From Hyphochytrium catenoides (Eukaryota > Protista > Hyphochytriomycota), in assembly GCA_900088475.1 (NCBI GenBank), contig FLMG01004727.1:1-55486 (forward strand): a stretch of 55,486 nucleotides of DNA, written 5' to 3'. The notes under the pieces were generated by a model. The model was given only the letters and a program-made list of their open reading frames with translations. It was not told the origin of the DNA and did not search any database. Of this stretch, positions 12,623 through 24,721 are shown in pieces; the first letter of the stretch is position 1; each line of letters begins with the position of its first letter. The position numbers and the translations under genes were made by a program.

Positions 12623-14223
12623 TCAGAGTCCGTTTGATAGGAGGAAGGGCATGATGATGAGAAAGATCGTTTTGGCTTCTACTTGGCGGGTTGTTGGATG
12701 ATCTGCCTCCGCATCATCTAGTGATGAGTGCAAGTGCAGCCGGCGGGTGTCTGAGTTGGGAATGACAATGTGGAGGTTGTTGATTTGATTAGTGAGAGAG
12801 GGCACTGCGAGTACACTATGCCTTTTCCGTCAGGCACTGCTGATTAATAGTGGTTTTCTTCTTGTAGATAATGTGAAGTGTCTCCCACCATTTCCATACA
12901 ACCACGAGTTAAGAGGTACTGGGCAAGATAAGAGCACCAGAGAAGAGGAGCGCAGCCCGTCAGCTTGCTAGGAAACTTCGGTGGCAATGGGTCCAAGTGC
13001 AAGAGTCTGATGACGACCACGTTTAGCTCCCCAGTGCCTGTGATTCATTACCCAGGATTTGATCTTTGCTGTCACTTCCCTTTCTAAGCAAACGATCAAT
13101 GGCAATGGCGAGGGTCAACGCAGGATGTCTTTGCGGGACCTACACTAAGCGATGCTCCAGTTGCGAGTTACTCTTTATCTCATTCCCAACAGGTAAGGAT
13201 TGATTGCTCGCAGCGCGGCCATCAAAAGCGCATATATTATGGAGTTCCCACTGGTTGCCAGGCATAGTTGGTGTTCATCCGTGAAGCGAAACCACGTCAG
13301 TCTGGTAAGAAAGGAGGGACTACAGATGGGTTCTGTTAACGCACCTTCAACCATAATGGTGACGGCTGGAAGAGCTGCACGCGGAGATGGATGACGGGCA
13401 GATGAGGCCGATAGCAAGGTAAAAACTAAGGACACATGTTGATGTCAGTCATAGCCCCGATAGCTCAATGCTCAGCCCAGGATAAGGATCCTGCTCCCCG
13501 TACCTCTTCTTTCACCGAAATGATGTGCCAGTCTTGAGCCTCCCCTTCATAATGAGGGTTACGCATTAGATGATGCCGCGGAAGGACTGTTTGCCACTTT
13601 CCCGATAGGTCTCCCTTAATATTCTGCGAACATCCGTGCAAATCGAATGCGTTGACGCTACCGCCTTGTCTGGCGGCAGAGATTCCATTCCTTGCCTCTC
13701 TTCCATTGATCTCTTCTTTCTGATCCCTCGACACATTGGTCAACCCGAATCCAGGCAACATAGTAGTTTTTGAAGACGAGGTACTGGAAGGCATGTGCGG
13801 AATCAGGCTGTCTAATGGAGAGATGCAACTCGAGGGTTTCACACCTTAGTGCACCGGACTTCTTCCTATCAGATATCGTCACTACTGTGGGAAGGACGCC
13901 TTCTTCCTCTACGTCCATCTCATCATCCCATGGAGAGCCTCTATTACGCTAAAGAACACACTGCTAATCTCCCTCTCTCCGTAGGCCACATGTCCGCTCC
14001 ATCGATCTCCAGCTTCGATGGATTTCTCTCTCATCAGAGGTAAAGACGGCCAAGGATCCTCAATCCTCAAGCTTAGCTCTTGAAGCTTCTTGTTGCCGTC
14101 GAAGCGGCGCGGCAGCTGCAGGAGGCGTGTCAGGGGAGAGACATCGAGGTCTTGCTCCACAGCCGGACCGCGGGAGAGACAGATGTCAAAAATGGGCTGA
14201 GGTATAAATGCCGTTAACGGCAC
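12623..14223 (-). CDS. Probable multi-exon hypothetical protein; boundaries uncertain
   Basis: A series of minus-strand protein-like ORF segments (13909-14223, 13465-13842, 13175-13435, 12623-12805) with plausible splice sites. No family recognised. Confidence 0.3.
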
Positions 14224-14339
14224 TGTGAGTTAATAGAGCCGCTAACGACGCTGAGTACAGCGTTTGTCAGGAACGGGGATCTACGGCGGCGAACAGGCGA
14301 ACAGCAGAGGCGTTTCTTGTTCCTTTTTGGCTTCTGACA

Positions 14340-14340
<1 letters not shown>

Positions 14341-14396
<56 letters not shown>

Positions 14397-14414
14397 TTGC
14401 TCTCTCTCTCTTTG

Positions 14415-14450
<36 letters not shown>

Positions 14451-14460
14451 TCTTTCTCTC
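14341..14460. repeat. (CT)n microsatellite
   Basis: Seen directly. Confidence 0.95.
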
Positions 14461-14915
14461 GTTTCATTATTGTGCTCCAACCTGAGCTCCAGACTTCATC
14501 AAACTCCTTGCAGCTCTCCTTGCCCTCCTCTCTCGTCTTCATCTCAAGCTCTCAGTGTCTCTTACCCTATGAAGAGAAACATTCCAGTCATGACCGGCGG
14601 CAGTTCCCCGCTGTCCTCCTCAGATGTCAGTGAGGCCAACGACGCGCTGATAGCGTTCGTCGCTTGATGGGAAGGTCAGTTGGTCCGTCAAAGGATGTTG
14701 AAAGGTAAGAGCGGCTTGTACGGGCATAAGCTGAAGATCAGACAAGCTCTTCACGTGAGGAGAAGGCTGCAATGCGTGGTACAGGCCTCAGATACCTAGA
14801 GGAAGGGCGACCCGATCCTCCTTGCGGGCCTCTGACGAATCAGAAAGGGAAGGCAGCGGTCTCACAAGGTTCTTCTCCTTGCTCCTCCTTGGCGGTCATA
14901 CCAGCAAGGATCACC

Positions 14916-16687
14916 ATGCAGCCCGCGCTACTCTCTGCCCTGAGAAAGGAACAGATAGTCTCGTCTCCAATGGCTCCTGCAGAGATGGAAGGCGTATTGT
15001 CTCCGGGCGGCACCTCCGGCACTGATGATCAGCAGCTGCCCAAACCGCCGCCGACAGAGCAACGTAGACCTCACGTGGAGCCGTTGTCTTCTTCCCCTTC
15101 GATCTCGCCACCTGCAGCTCCTCCTGGGCACATCATGCAGCCAGCACTTCTCGCCGCCCTTAGAAATGGTCCATCATCCGAGGAAGGGGATCGTTCATCT
15201 GCGTCTTTAGCATCAAGTCTGACAGGGATTAATCATCAAGCAGCGGCTCTCCAGTCTCTCCTGCGACCGTTGAGGTTCGACAACGGTAACGCGAGAATAG
15301 GGACCGGCAGCAACACCAGCAGTCCGGTGACGGCAGAGATGAAACAGTTTGAGAAGCTTATCCAGAACCCGAAGAGCTTCACGGTGCGCAACTCATATTG
15401 TCCTTAAATCCTACTTTCTCTGTCTTACTTGGGCTGAGCTCTTGCTTCTGCCATCCTCCCTCCTGTTCGTCGTTATGGCTAGGACCTGATGCGTATTGCG
15501 GAGGACAGGAGACCGGTGACTGTCACTATTCAGATGAGGGCGCTAGACTGTCTCCGCTTCTACAGGCCATCAGAGGAGGAAAGAGAGATTCTTGGCGTCA
15601 CCCGAAGCACGGAACGACTGAGTTTACACGTTACAGAGGATGTAAGCATACAAGGAGGTCTAACATTGGGCTATATACTGAGTGGCTGGCGTCTATCCCC
15701 AGGTTATAGCTCTGTGTGGTGGCCGGCGGGGTGTGCGCTTCAGTACTCAGGAGGTAAAGCAGTTTTCAAGCTGGCCAAGAGCTCTGGAGGCGGTCTTTTT
15801 GCGGGTGGACGACAGCTTCAAAGAGCTTCCTGGAAGCTTAAAGCGAGCAGTGCTACAGAAAAACAACGGCAATGCGCTGTACGCGGAAGGGGAAGAGCTC
15901 TCTCCGTTCGTCAATGCCGCCAATCAGTATTTGGATGGTTTCAAAAGGCTGCACACATTTATCTCGACGAAGAGAAACGCGCTGGCGGTCGAAGCAGGGA
16001 CAGCTGCGGACGTGACTGGAGAAGTCAGAGAGGCCAGTAAGTCACTAGTAACACATAATTGAGAATGAGGAAAGGCCGGGGCAGTTATCTGACAAACCTT
16101 TCCAAGGTGACGAGGACACGGCAACTGCATCTAAGGCGCTTCCAGAGTTTTTGGAGCTCCTTAGCAGCCGCTATCGCAGGTAAGGTACCCCTAGGAACTC
16201 TCCAGTCAATATCTGTGCCCTATGAAAGGTCAAGTGTGGATGCCCTTCTGCTGCTCTCTGATCTCTTTAGTTGGCCCTCTCACGTTGCTCCAATCTCTAG
16301 CCACTTTGGAATGCAGCCATGGCTGCCAGGTACTGGACCTGTCGTGAACTCTCTAGGACACTTCTCACGCTTCCTGGCTGGCTGCGCTACTGCGGCTGCA
16401 GAGCTTACTGAGGCAGAGCAGTCAGCGTTGGCGTACCTCCTGGATATGAGGTCTGCATCATTCTTTTGTCTGAGTTTCTTGACCATGCCTGTTGCGGACT
16501 TTCTTCTAACTTGTACTCTTTCCTTCTCTCTGGCTCTGGCAGCGTCCGTACTCATGACCCTGCCCATACTGAGAAGCTTACCTCAAGACAGCTGGCAAGA
16601 AAGATCTTCCGTTTCTTATCAACGGTCAGGGAGCTACGGACCGTCCCGAAGGACGAAGCGGCCATAAATGCTGTCACTTCCAATTAG
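14916..16687 (+). CDS. Multi-exon hypothetical protein with a Pro-rich N-terminus and a duplicated MQPALLxALR motif (may start at 14772)
   Basis: Consecutive ORF segments can be joined through GT-AG introns (…NPKSFT|DLMRIAED…VTED|VIALCGG…). The C-terminal half is predicted helical. Stop at 16687. Confidence 0.5.
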
Positions 16688-16945
16688 GCATCAGTTCACC
16701 TCCTACCTATGGAAAGATGTGTGGCTTTCCTCCTCATGTCTGTCGTACGTTATATCTCTAACTGATGTCTCTGTGCTCTGTTGCTCACTCTCTTGATTGT
16801 CATTTGTGCATCTCCTATCGCCATTGGTGTGCACCTCAGTTCCCGAGAAGCCTCGTATTTATTGCCCTGTAGGACCCAGGCTCAGACCCCATAGATCCTA
16901 TATTAACATAAATAATTAACTCCATCGCTCCTTCCAGCAGGCTCC

Positions 16946-18122
16946 TTAGGTATCTTTCACAGGCAGATATACACCCCCTGCCAGCGACTTCCAGCTGGGT
17001 TTTGGTGGCTGATAGAAGGGATCAACCTTACGAGGCGGACTAGGGTCTCGGGCAACCTCGTCAAACAGGTCATGAGTCCACTCTGTTGAAGAGCAAAAAG
17101 CATGAGAAAGGAGAGAATCCTTAAACGAAGAGCAAGAGAGCAGACGAAAATACTGTCTTACGGCGGCGCTCGGGAGAGAATCTGCGGTCAACGCTCGGAC
17201 TTCGGCTTCTGCTGTCACTTCGACTTCGTCGGCGCCTAGGTGGGCGTTCCTGACTTCTGGATCGTCTGATAACGGTAGTTCAGAAAGCGAGGGTTCATGG
17301 GAAGGAAAGAGGGAGAGTCAAGAGAGGTCTTCAATGCTACAATCAGCTTCAACAACATAAGGAAAGAAGCGGTTACCTCTTCCGCCGGTATGGGCGTTTA
17401 CCATCCGGTCCGCGTTCTCGATCATCATGCTGCAAAGCGAGGAAAGTCCAGTCAGTTCTTGCCTGGCGAGGTGAATGCGCGACCTTACCTCTGGACGCCT
17501 GGGATCAGGAGGTGGTTCTCGGCCCTGAGCCCTTCTTGGACTTCTACTCCTGCTACTGCTACTTCTGTGGCGGCTGCTACTCCTACTTCTGCTTCTGCGG
17601 CTGGCCCGAATCCGGCTTCTGCTTCTGCTACGACTGCGGCTCCTTAAAGATCTTTGATTTCTCAGGCTGGGAGGAGACCTGCTTCGGCTCCGTGGGTTTG
17701 ATACTGCATCAGCATTTCGAGGTCGAACTCTGCCAAACTCGTCTAACTCTTCCCTTTCTTCAGCTCGAGAAATTCCTGGAGCCTCTTCCAGCGAATCCGT
17801 ATCCTTTGACTTCTTTTTAGACTTCACCTTCTTCTTCTTGGACGGGATCAAGGATCTTTCTTCCTCTAGCTGGCCGTCAGGATCAGCCTGTTGCTTCTGC
17901 CAGTTCCGCCAGCGCATCATTTGCAGTTCTTGTTCGGTGAAACCCGACGCCGCGGAAGATGGAGCGATACCTTCTGCCTTATCGCCATCTGAAGACGACG
18001 TTTTCTTCCTGACAGGTTGGCCCCTGGCACAAGCAATAATGAGCGTTATGGTCTCGGACATGGATTGACCTCAAAAAGAATCTGACTCACCTCCAGTCTA
18101 GCAAGACCTCTTCTGACGCCAT
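16946..18122 (-). CDS. RS-rich nuclear protein with a Btz (Barentsz/CASC3-like) domain, multi-exon
   Basis: Long RS-dipeptide tract. The spliced PRRPE|HDDRERG and the downstream EWTHDLFDE match the two conserved Btz motifs (HDDR ... WxHDxF). First exon is MASEEVLLDWR|gtgagt. Confidence 0.6.
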
Positions 18123-18909
18123 TGTGTACAGACATATAGAGTAAAGCTGCCGCTGAGCCTCTTCACTCTCTCATGCTCGAACGAAAGGTGCGAGCCTATA
18201 GCGACCCTTCGCAGTTGAGGCCTCCAACCACATGGTCTAATGAGAATCACGGGTTCCTATACATAACGAACAGAATTGGAGGGAAGGCCACTACTCTGCG
18301 TGGTTTGCGTCCGCAACACTCCTTGCCCTCTCAAAATTGTACAAGCCGCTAATGAGGAGCTTTACTGGAGCCGTCCTTGAGTGCCACACGGATCACAAGC
18401 TGAGTCTGCAAGTTCCCTACATGGTGTCAAAGAGCTGAGACCGATGACGGCGTGACCGATGTTCCAAGCTCTGAATGAAGCTCCACCGGCGATCAAGAAT
18501 CGCAATAACCTCTCTGGTATAAAGATAATCTCAGTCTAATCTGCTTTGATTACCGATAATTAGGAATGCTTGATCGTAGTCGCTGCATATTACTACGTTG
18601 AGATTTTACAAAAGTCATCAACATAACAGTGTATTACTACTTTCACCCTCAGGATGTCGTTAGCGGCTTTCCTGTTGGTATCAATTGAGTGGTGGGCGTG
18701 TGTCATCCTTTACCGCCTTCCTCGGTCACCTGGTCCCTTCTAAAGTCTATACAGAGCACAGCAGCCGCCCAGCGCCCACCAGCCAGCGCCGCGCTCGACG
18801 GGGGAACTTTGTTGGCCGCTGCTCGCTCTCTTTGCCTTCGCGGTGATCGGTCTGCTTTAGAGTCTTCGCACTCATTGTTCCTCCGGCAATCTGTCCATAA
18901 ATCTCTACC

Positions 18910-20130
18910 ATGGGTCGCGTTATTAGAGGTCAGCGTAAGGGTGCAGGCTCTATCTTCAAGGTATGTGCTGAGGGCTAGACGGTCTGTGAGGGCTATCCAT
19001 GTACAGAGATGGGATTGTCGAGAGAGTCTTCGGCGGTGAGATGAGGCTGCTCTGCTGGGTTATCCCTGGTTGTCGTGACGGTTTCTGGGCACAAGATAGA
19101 GATCCATAGTTCGACAGACGACAATCTAGAACAGTGAGGTTTGGGGAGTGAATAGTAAGGTGCGCATGCGCTTTGCCTCTGCGATCTCTGCGCGAAACAC
19201 GTGCCCTGCGGGAGTCAATTTCCTTCGACAACGTCTGAACAGTCATATCTCACTGGCTTTCTTCTCCCGGGTCTTTTGTTCATTATCTCCCTCACATCTA
19301 TAGAGTCACACCTCCAAGCGCAAGGGCAAGGTCCAGTTTCGCCACTATGACTTTGCTGAGCGCCACGGGTACATCAAGGGCGTGGTGCGGGAGATTATCC
19401 ACGACCCAGGGCGTGGTGCTCCTCTTGCTAAAGTAGAGTTCAAGAACGCATACAAGTACAAGAAGGACAAGGAGCTCATGATTGCCTGCGAGGGCATGTA
19501 CACTGGCCAGTTCGTCTATGCTGGCAAGAAGGCTCAGCTTGCTGTTGGCAACATCCTTCCTCTTGGTCAGCTACCTGAGGGTACCATTGTCTGCAACGTG
19601 GAGGAGAAGATCGGAGACAGAGGAAAGATGGCCAGATGCTCCGGTGACTACGCTGTCGTTGTTGCCCACGATGAGGAGAAGAACAAGACCAAGATCCGTC
19701 TTCCCTCAGGCGCAAAGAAGAGTGTTCCTTCAAGGTAAATGACGGACGACACACTTGCATTAGAATAGAATGTGTCTGGCTCAGTATCTGATGGTCTCAA
19801 CTCTCTCGCGGCTTCCCCATTCTTCTCTTGCAATGCAGCGCTCGTGCTATGGTTGGCATCGTCGCTGGCGGTGGCCGTACCGACAAGCCTATCCTTAAGG
19901 CTGGTCGTGCCTTCCACAAGTACCGCGTCAAGCGTAACGAGTGGCCAAAGGTTCGTGGTGTGGCAATGAACCCCGTAGAGCATCCTCATGGTGGTGGTAA
20001 CCACCAGCACATTGGACACCCGTCCACTGTCCGCCGTGACGCTCCTGCTGGTAAGAAGGTTGGTCTTATCGCTGCGCGCCGTACTGGCCGCCTGCGCGGT
20101 ATCAAGAAGGTGGCTGCTGACAAGGAGTAA
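18910..20130 (+). CDS. RPL8: 60S ribosomal protein L8 (uL2); exons 18910-18960, 19304-19734, 19839-20130
   Basis: [17 protein letters not shown]|SHTSKRKG..., [12 protein letters not shown] and [25 protein letters not shown]; canonical splice sites. Confidence 0.99.
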
Positions 20131-21089
20131 ACTTAACTCCCTGACAGAAGCATCATTATTTTTCTTTAGTCGGACTATGGAACAGAGAGTGGCGAATAAA
20201 GTTTGCTATGCGGCCCTAGCCAGCCTCCCGCTTTCTTCTCTCTTTTTCTCCCAACCAGGAGACTATCTTGGTCATCAGAGTGTGAGAAGAGGTGGTACCT
20301 GGCTATCCCTTAGGGTAAGAGTGGGAGGAGAGGACAATGGAAGAGCAGAAAATCGAAAGCCTATTCCATTGTAGGGCTACTTGATAGTGCGTGACTGAGT
20401 GGTGGTGAAGAAATATCTATATCCTTGGCATCAGACCAACCTGTAGAGCGAAAGCATGTGGTGCCTATGCCTCCTCTCCCCAGCATCGTGTGGAGTTGCA
20501 AAGCCTACTATGAAGGAGGTAGCCCGTCCTCCTCAAATCTAGTCACACCATCCGTCTACTGCCGCTTATTGTCTCTACTCTTCCTGGCATTCTTTAGCTC
20601 ACTATCCTCCGCCACGGCCATCTATCTTGAGATTGACTCTTATGTCATTCCTACTTAAGGTCATGGGACAATTTTCCAGGCGACAGAAGCTAGAGACTCA
20701 GCGCATCCTTGCCCTAGAGACTGCAGGGTGCCGCGAATAATGCTTTACCACCGATCACAATCCTTTTCCTTACAAATGTTATCTAGTCTCGTGTCACCGT
20801 GCTCCAGACACGAAAGGAGTCTATACGCCTCATAGTAGCTGGGCTGACGCATGTCCTGCTTTGCTACTCAGCAAAGGCTTCAATTGGGCAACCGTAAGGT
20901 TCTTACAAAAGCCCAAATCAGCTAGCAGACCCACACTCTCACTCATGGCGTTCTAAGAGCAAGAGCAGCGCTTCTCTGGTGAGCTCTTCAAGGAACATGT
21001 ATATATCCGCACCCCATCGTCAAAGCATGCCACAGAAGTAACATTAGGTAACCGAAACAAGTCTCGCAGCCCATGCTTGACAGATGTAA

Positions 21090-24000
21090 CTAGAGTGTCC
21101 GGACAATGCTCTCCGCAAACTCTGCAAGCGTCTGCTCAACTTCCATGGCCCCGTCCTCTAACAGCTCGGCAGATATTTCATCCGAGAGCCTATGATCAGG
21201 TTTGAGAAAGTGACCAAGGTATAATGGGATGCAAGAGCAAACGTAAGGTCAGATGTCTGGAACAGGGCCACGGTGGAAGGGAACCACTCACATCTCTATG
21301 ATCTGCCATTGCTCTAGGAAGCTTCCCTCGAGAGCGGCCTCTACATATCTTCGGTGCCTACAAGTGCGATGAAACCACTTAGTAGACTCACAGCTATGAG
21401 AAGGTCTAAAGGTAGTTCCTACCTACTGAAGGCCTCACGCTGTTCTGCAAGCCGGAAAGGTAAACCAGGAGGAAAGCAAAGCTTTAAACTCGGAGCTGAA
21501 ATCGAGGAAAGGCTTTTACTCTCGGCACTGTCAGGACATAACTGGCCATCAGCCCTTGCCCTGGTGACACAGAGACCCGCATAAGTTCAGTCGGAGAAGA
21601 CAGCGGCCGCCTCTAAGCACCAGTACCTTTCACCTAACGGATCCTGCAGCCACTTTGTTCGAAGGTTATCCTCCAGCTCGGATAACTTCGAGAGGGCTGT
21701 TTGCAAGTTCTAGTTGACACCAGACCGTCCGTTAACAAGAAGACCTATGGAAACCGAGGGAGTATGCACTCACAGCAACTTTTTCGGCATGTAATGCATC
21801 GTCCGCGGGTTCAGGACCTGTGCTCAGTTCTTCCGCAGTCAGCCGCAGAGCTATTTCCTTCAATAGGTCGTCGAGCAAAAGGTCCACCAAGGGTTCCTGT
21901 TGACTAATAACTCTCTTCACGTTCTCATGGGAAAGCGGAGCAGTCTGCATGTTGGACTAGATGCAATAAGATTTTTGGCTAAATCCTGGCTTCCGCATGC
22001 CTGACCAACCTGGGCAGGCACATGATGCCTTCCTGGCATTTGAGATGGACCTCCAAGCCCTTGACGCTTGCCGTCATCGCGATGTGCTGCATGAAGCTCT
22101 CTGGAAAATCTGTCAAGGAAGGAGTCAAACTCGGTCTGTACCGAGTGCTATCAATGAGAGCTGCCTTGGACATAGAGGTGATAACAGACGTCGTACGTAC
22201 CCGAAGGGCCGAGATGAACGTGGACGTGAAAGCTTCCTGTGACTAAGACCATCCGTCTCTGTTAAGTTCCTTTCGTATCTAGACTCTAAGACAAAGAAAG
22301 CTGCCTCACCTTATCGTGGAGCGGCTCACTTCCTGCTGGCCCGTCCGCCGGTCCTCGGAAGTGCTGAAAGGAGGGATGATCAGGAGTGGGCAGAGTTTAT
22401 CGCCTATCTTTGATCTGCTGACGCCTAACACTTACATATAACTCAGGATCTTCTGCTTCCGGCTCGCTATCATCGTCCATGGAAGCGGGAGAGAGCGATA
22501 CTGCGACGGCAAAGCCGATCCACTCGTCGATATTAACAACTCCTTCTGTCTTCCCGGACAAGAGGCTGACAAAAGCATCCATCTTGCCAAAAGACGGTTT
22601 GTGTCAGGACGCTCAAGCTTCATCAGACAGGGGCATGGCGCTCTCTGCTTACCTGATACCGAGAGGCTGTCAAACCGACCTCTTTTAACATGGCGGGTAG
22701 CAGGGTGGCGGGCACTAGTCCTACATCCTGAGTGTCATAGCTGTGAAAGACACGCCATAGAAGCTGCGTTTGACTCTCTGAGCATCCCTCGTCTTCTGAG
22801 TCTTCATCTGACGCTGTTTCTTCCACCTGTGCGACGTCTTGTTCCATCTTTTGGTCATCCATTGCCTCCCCCGCTCTGACTTCTGACGGCCTTCCGTCCA
22901 GACTCTTCGTCTCTTCACTCTCTTCTCCACGGAGCGACAAAATCGACTCATTCCCGTAACTCTTCATACTGTCTCTCACTGTGGACGAAAGAGAAGCCTG
23001 TGATGACTGTAGACCCAAAGGAAACGCCAAGCTGCACAGCTGGCAGTGCATGGGAGGGCCACGAGGATACCGAAGGAGGGGATATATTTGAAGCGACAAG
23101 AGGGGAACAGAGTAGGTAGCGCATGCTAGAAGAACGGCTTAAAGACAGGAAGGAGTAGGAGAAGGAGCGTCAGTACAAATGGATAGGTGACCTGCTTGAC
23201 GTGATCCATTATGTCTGGGAATATCGCCGAGGCTTTGCTGGCCCATGGTAGCTGCGACCCTCGCTCGGGTACCTTTACGCGCTGGCACCTGACGTCCGTC
23301 AGCTCGCAAGAGCTCGTTCTTCTTTGTCTTGGGATCGAAAAGGCCCGGAGTCTTCAAGTCATCGTTCCAACCTGGCCGCCGCGCTAGAGGTAGAGAACGG
23401 TTTTAGGCGAAGCACGATACAGCTTCACAGTCGAGAGGAATTAACTGAGCAGAGTCACTTACCCTTTGCGGTGACGGGGCGATCTACTGGCCGTTCAAGA
23501 GAAGCGCGCTGGGAGACTGAGGGGCCCCTCGCCTTCTGTCTGACCGCTGTCCTAGAAACCACGTTCAAGCGGGTGTCAGTAGCACGAGCTCTGGCCTTGG
23601 CCTTCGGCGGCTGGACAGCGGCTTTGATGCCTGCCTTCAGTACTTCCTTTCTTTGATGGGCCGGCGAGCGGGAGGCAGATCTTATGAATGAGTTCTCCTT
23701 CTGAACTTGCCTCTGCTCTGGGAATTGCGTTCGAAGGTAGAGCGGCCCAGGATGCGCAGGGACATGGGAGGAGGAGCCGTTAGTGCGGCGCGTAGGGCGG
23801 TGGCTAAGGGCAAGCTGCTCCTGGGGATGCGGCAGCGCCATGAAGATTTATTCTCTGCGGCACTGCGCTGCACGGCTCCCAGGGACGGGTGGCAGAAGGC
23901 GGAGCTAAGATCAACCTGCAAATCAGACGGGGAGATGACAGGGCCACATCTCCTGTCCCTATATCCTCAGTGCTGTGCGGGGCTGCGCCATGAACAGCCA

Positions 24001-24376
24001 ACAAGCCAAGACAGTGCTTTCAGTGTAACAGCGGCCGCAAGAGGAAGCCTTCTGTCACTGCTATGTGACGGCAGTAGCTCACGGGCATGCCGTCGGGGGT
24101 CCTGAAGCCATCATGATGACAGCAGGAGCCCGCCGGTGAGCTTCCATTCTCACCCAATCTCGCTCGCGGCTGCTGGGCAGAGGAAGGCACCTTGACCTTG
24201 ACATTGAACACCTGCTTAGTCCTGCGCTGCGCTGCACTTCTACCTGCACGAGAACTCACAGAAGCAGCAGCAGCTGGCCTCCGCCTTGGTTGGGGTGCAG
24301 GCGGAGGGCGGAGGGCCTTGAGATCCGTGCAGAAAAGACGGGAAGTTGCGGAGGAAAGGTCCCAAACTCTCTTCAT
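21090..24376 (-). CDS. Large multi-exon protein with an EF-hand-like pair and a Moonraker (KIAA0753)-like C-terminal helical motif; putative basal-body protein
   Basis: The segments LWRVFHSYDTQDVGLVP and LSGKTEGVVNIDEWIGF are EF-hand-like. The spliced C-terminus QREAFSRHRRYVEAALEGSFLEQWQIIEMLSDEISAELLEDGAMEVEQTLAEFAESIVRTL* resembles the KIAA0753 C-terminus. The N-terminus is basic and disordered. Internal exon structure is only partly resolved. Confidence 0.5.
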
Positions 24377-24460
24377 GTCGCTTTCTTAAATAAACAGCCG
24401 TTAGCGGCTTTGGATGCGAAGCACAGAGTAAGCAACCATCAGAAACTCTCGGGTCCTGGT

Positions 24461-24461
<1 letters not shown>

Positions 24462-24510
<49 letters not shown>

Positions 24511-24535
24511 CCCTCTCCTTCTCTCTCTCTCTGTC
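24462..24535. repeat. (CT)n microsatellite in a divergent intergenic region
   Basis: Seen directly. Confidence 0.95.
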
Positions 24536-24721
24536 TGTCACTTCCCCATCTTCATTTGTCGTCTCTTTGATGGCCCACAGCTTCGGGGGTTCCACGCAGC
24601 CAAGAGACACATTCTCCATCATTTGGGTGCGGCCCCATCTGAAGCGGCGCTGGACAGCTCCTGAGAGACGGCGCCGTGAACCCAAACTGTAAAACGAGGG
24701 GACAGGAGAGAAGCAGCAGCG

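Noticed and set aside
14214-14633. ERERER / SLSLSL ORFs (also at 12.0-12.4 kb and 24.3-24.6 kb)
   Set aside because: Translations of microsatellites.
19735-19838. C/D snoRNA in RPL8 intron 2
   Set aside because: The box C is imperfect and the C-to-D distance (~50 nt) is short; unsupported.
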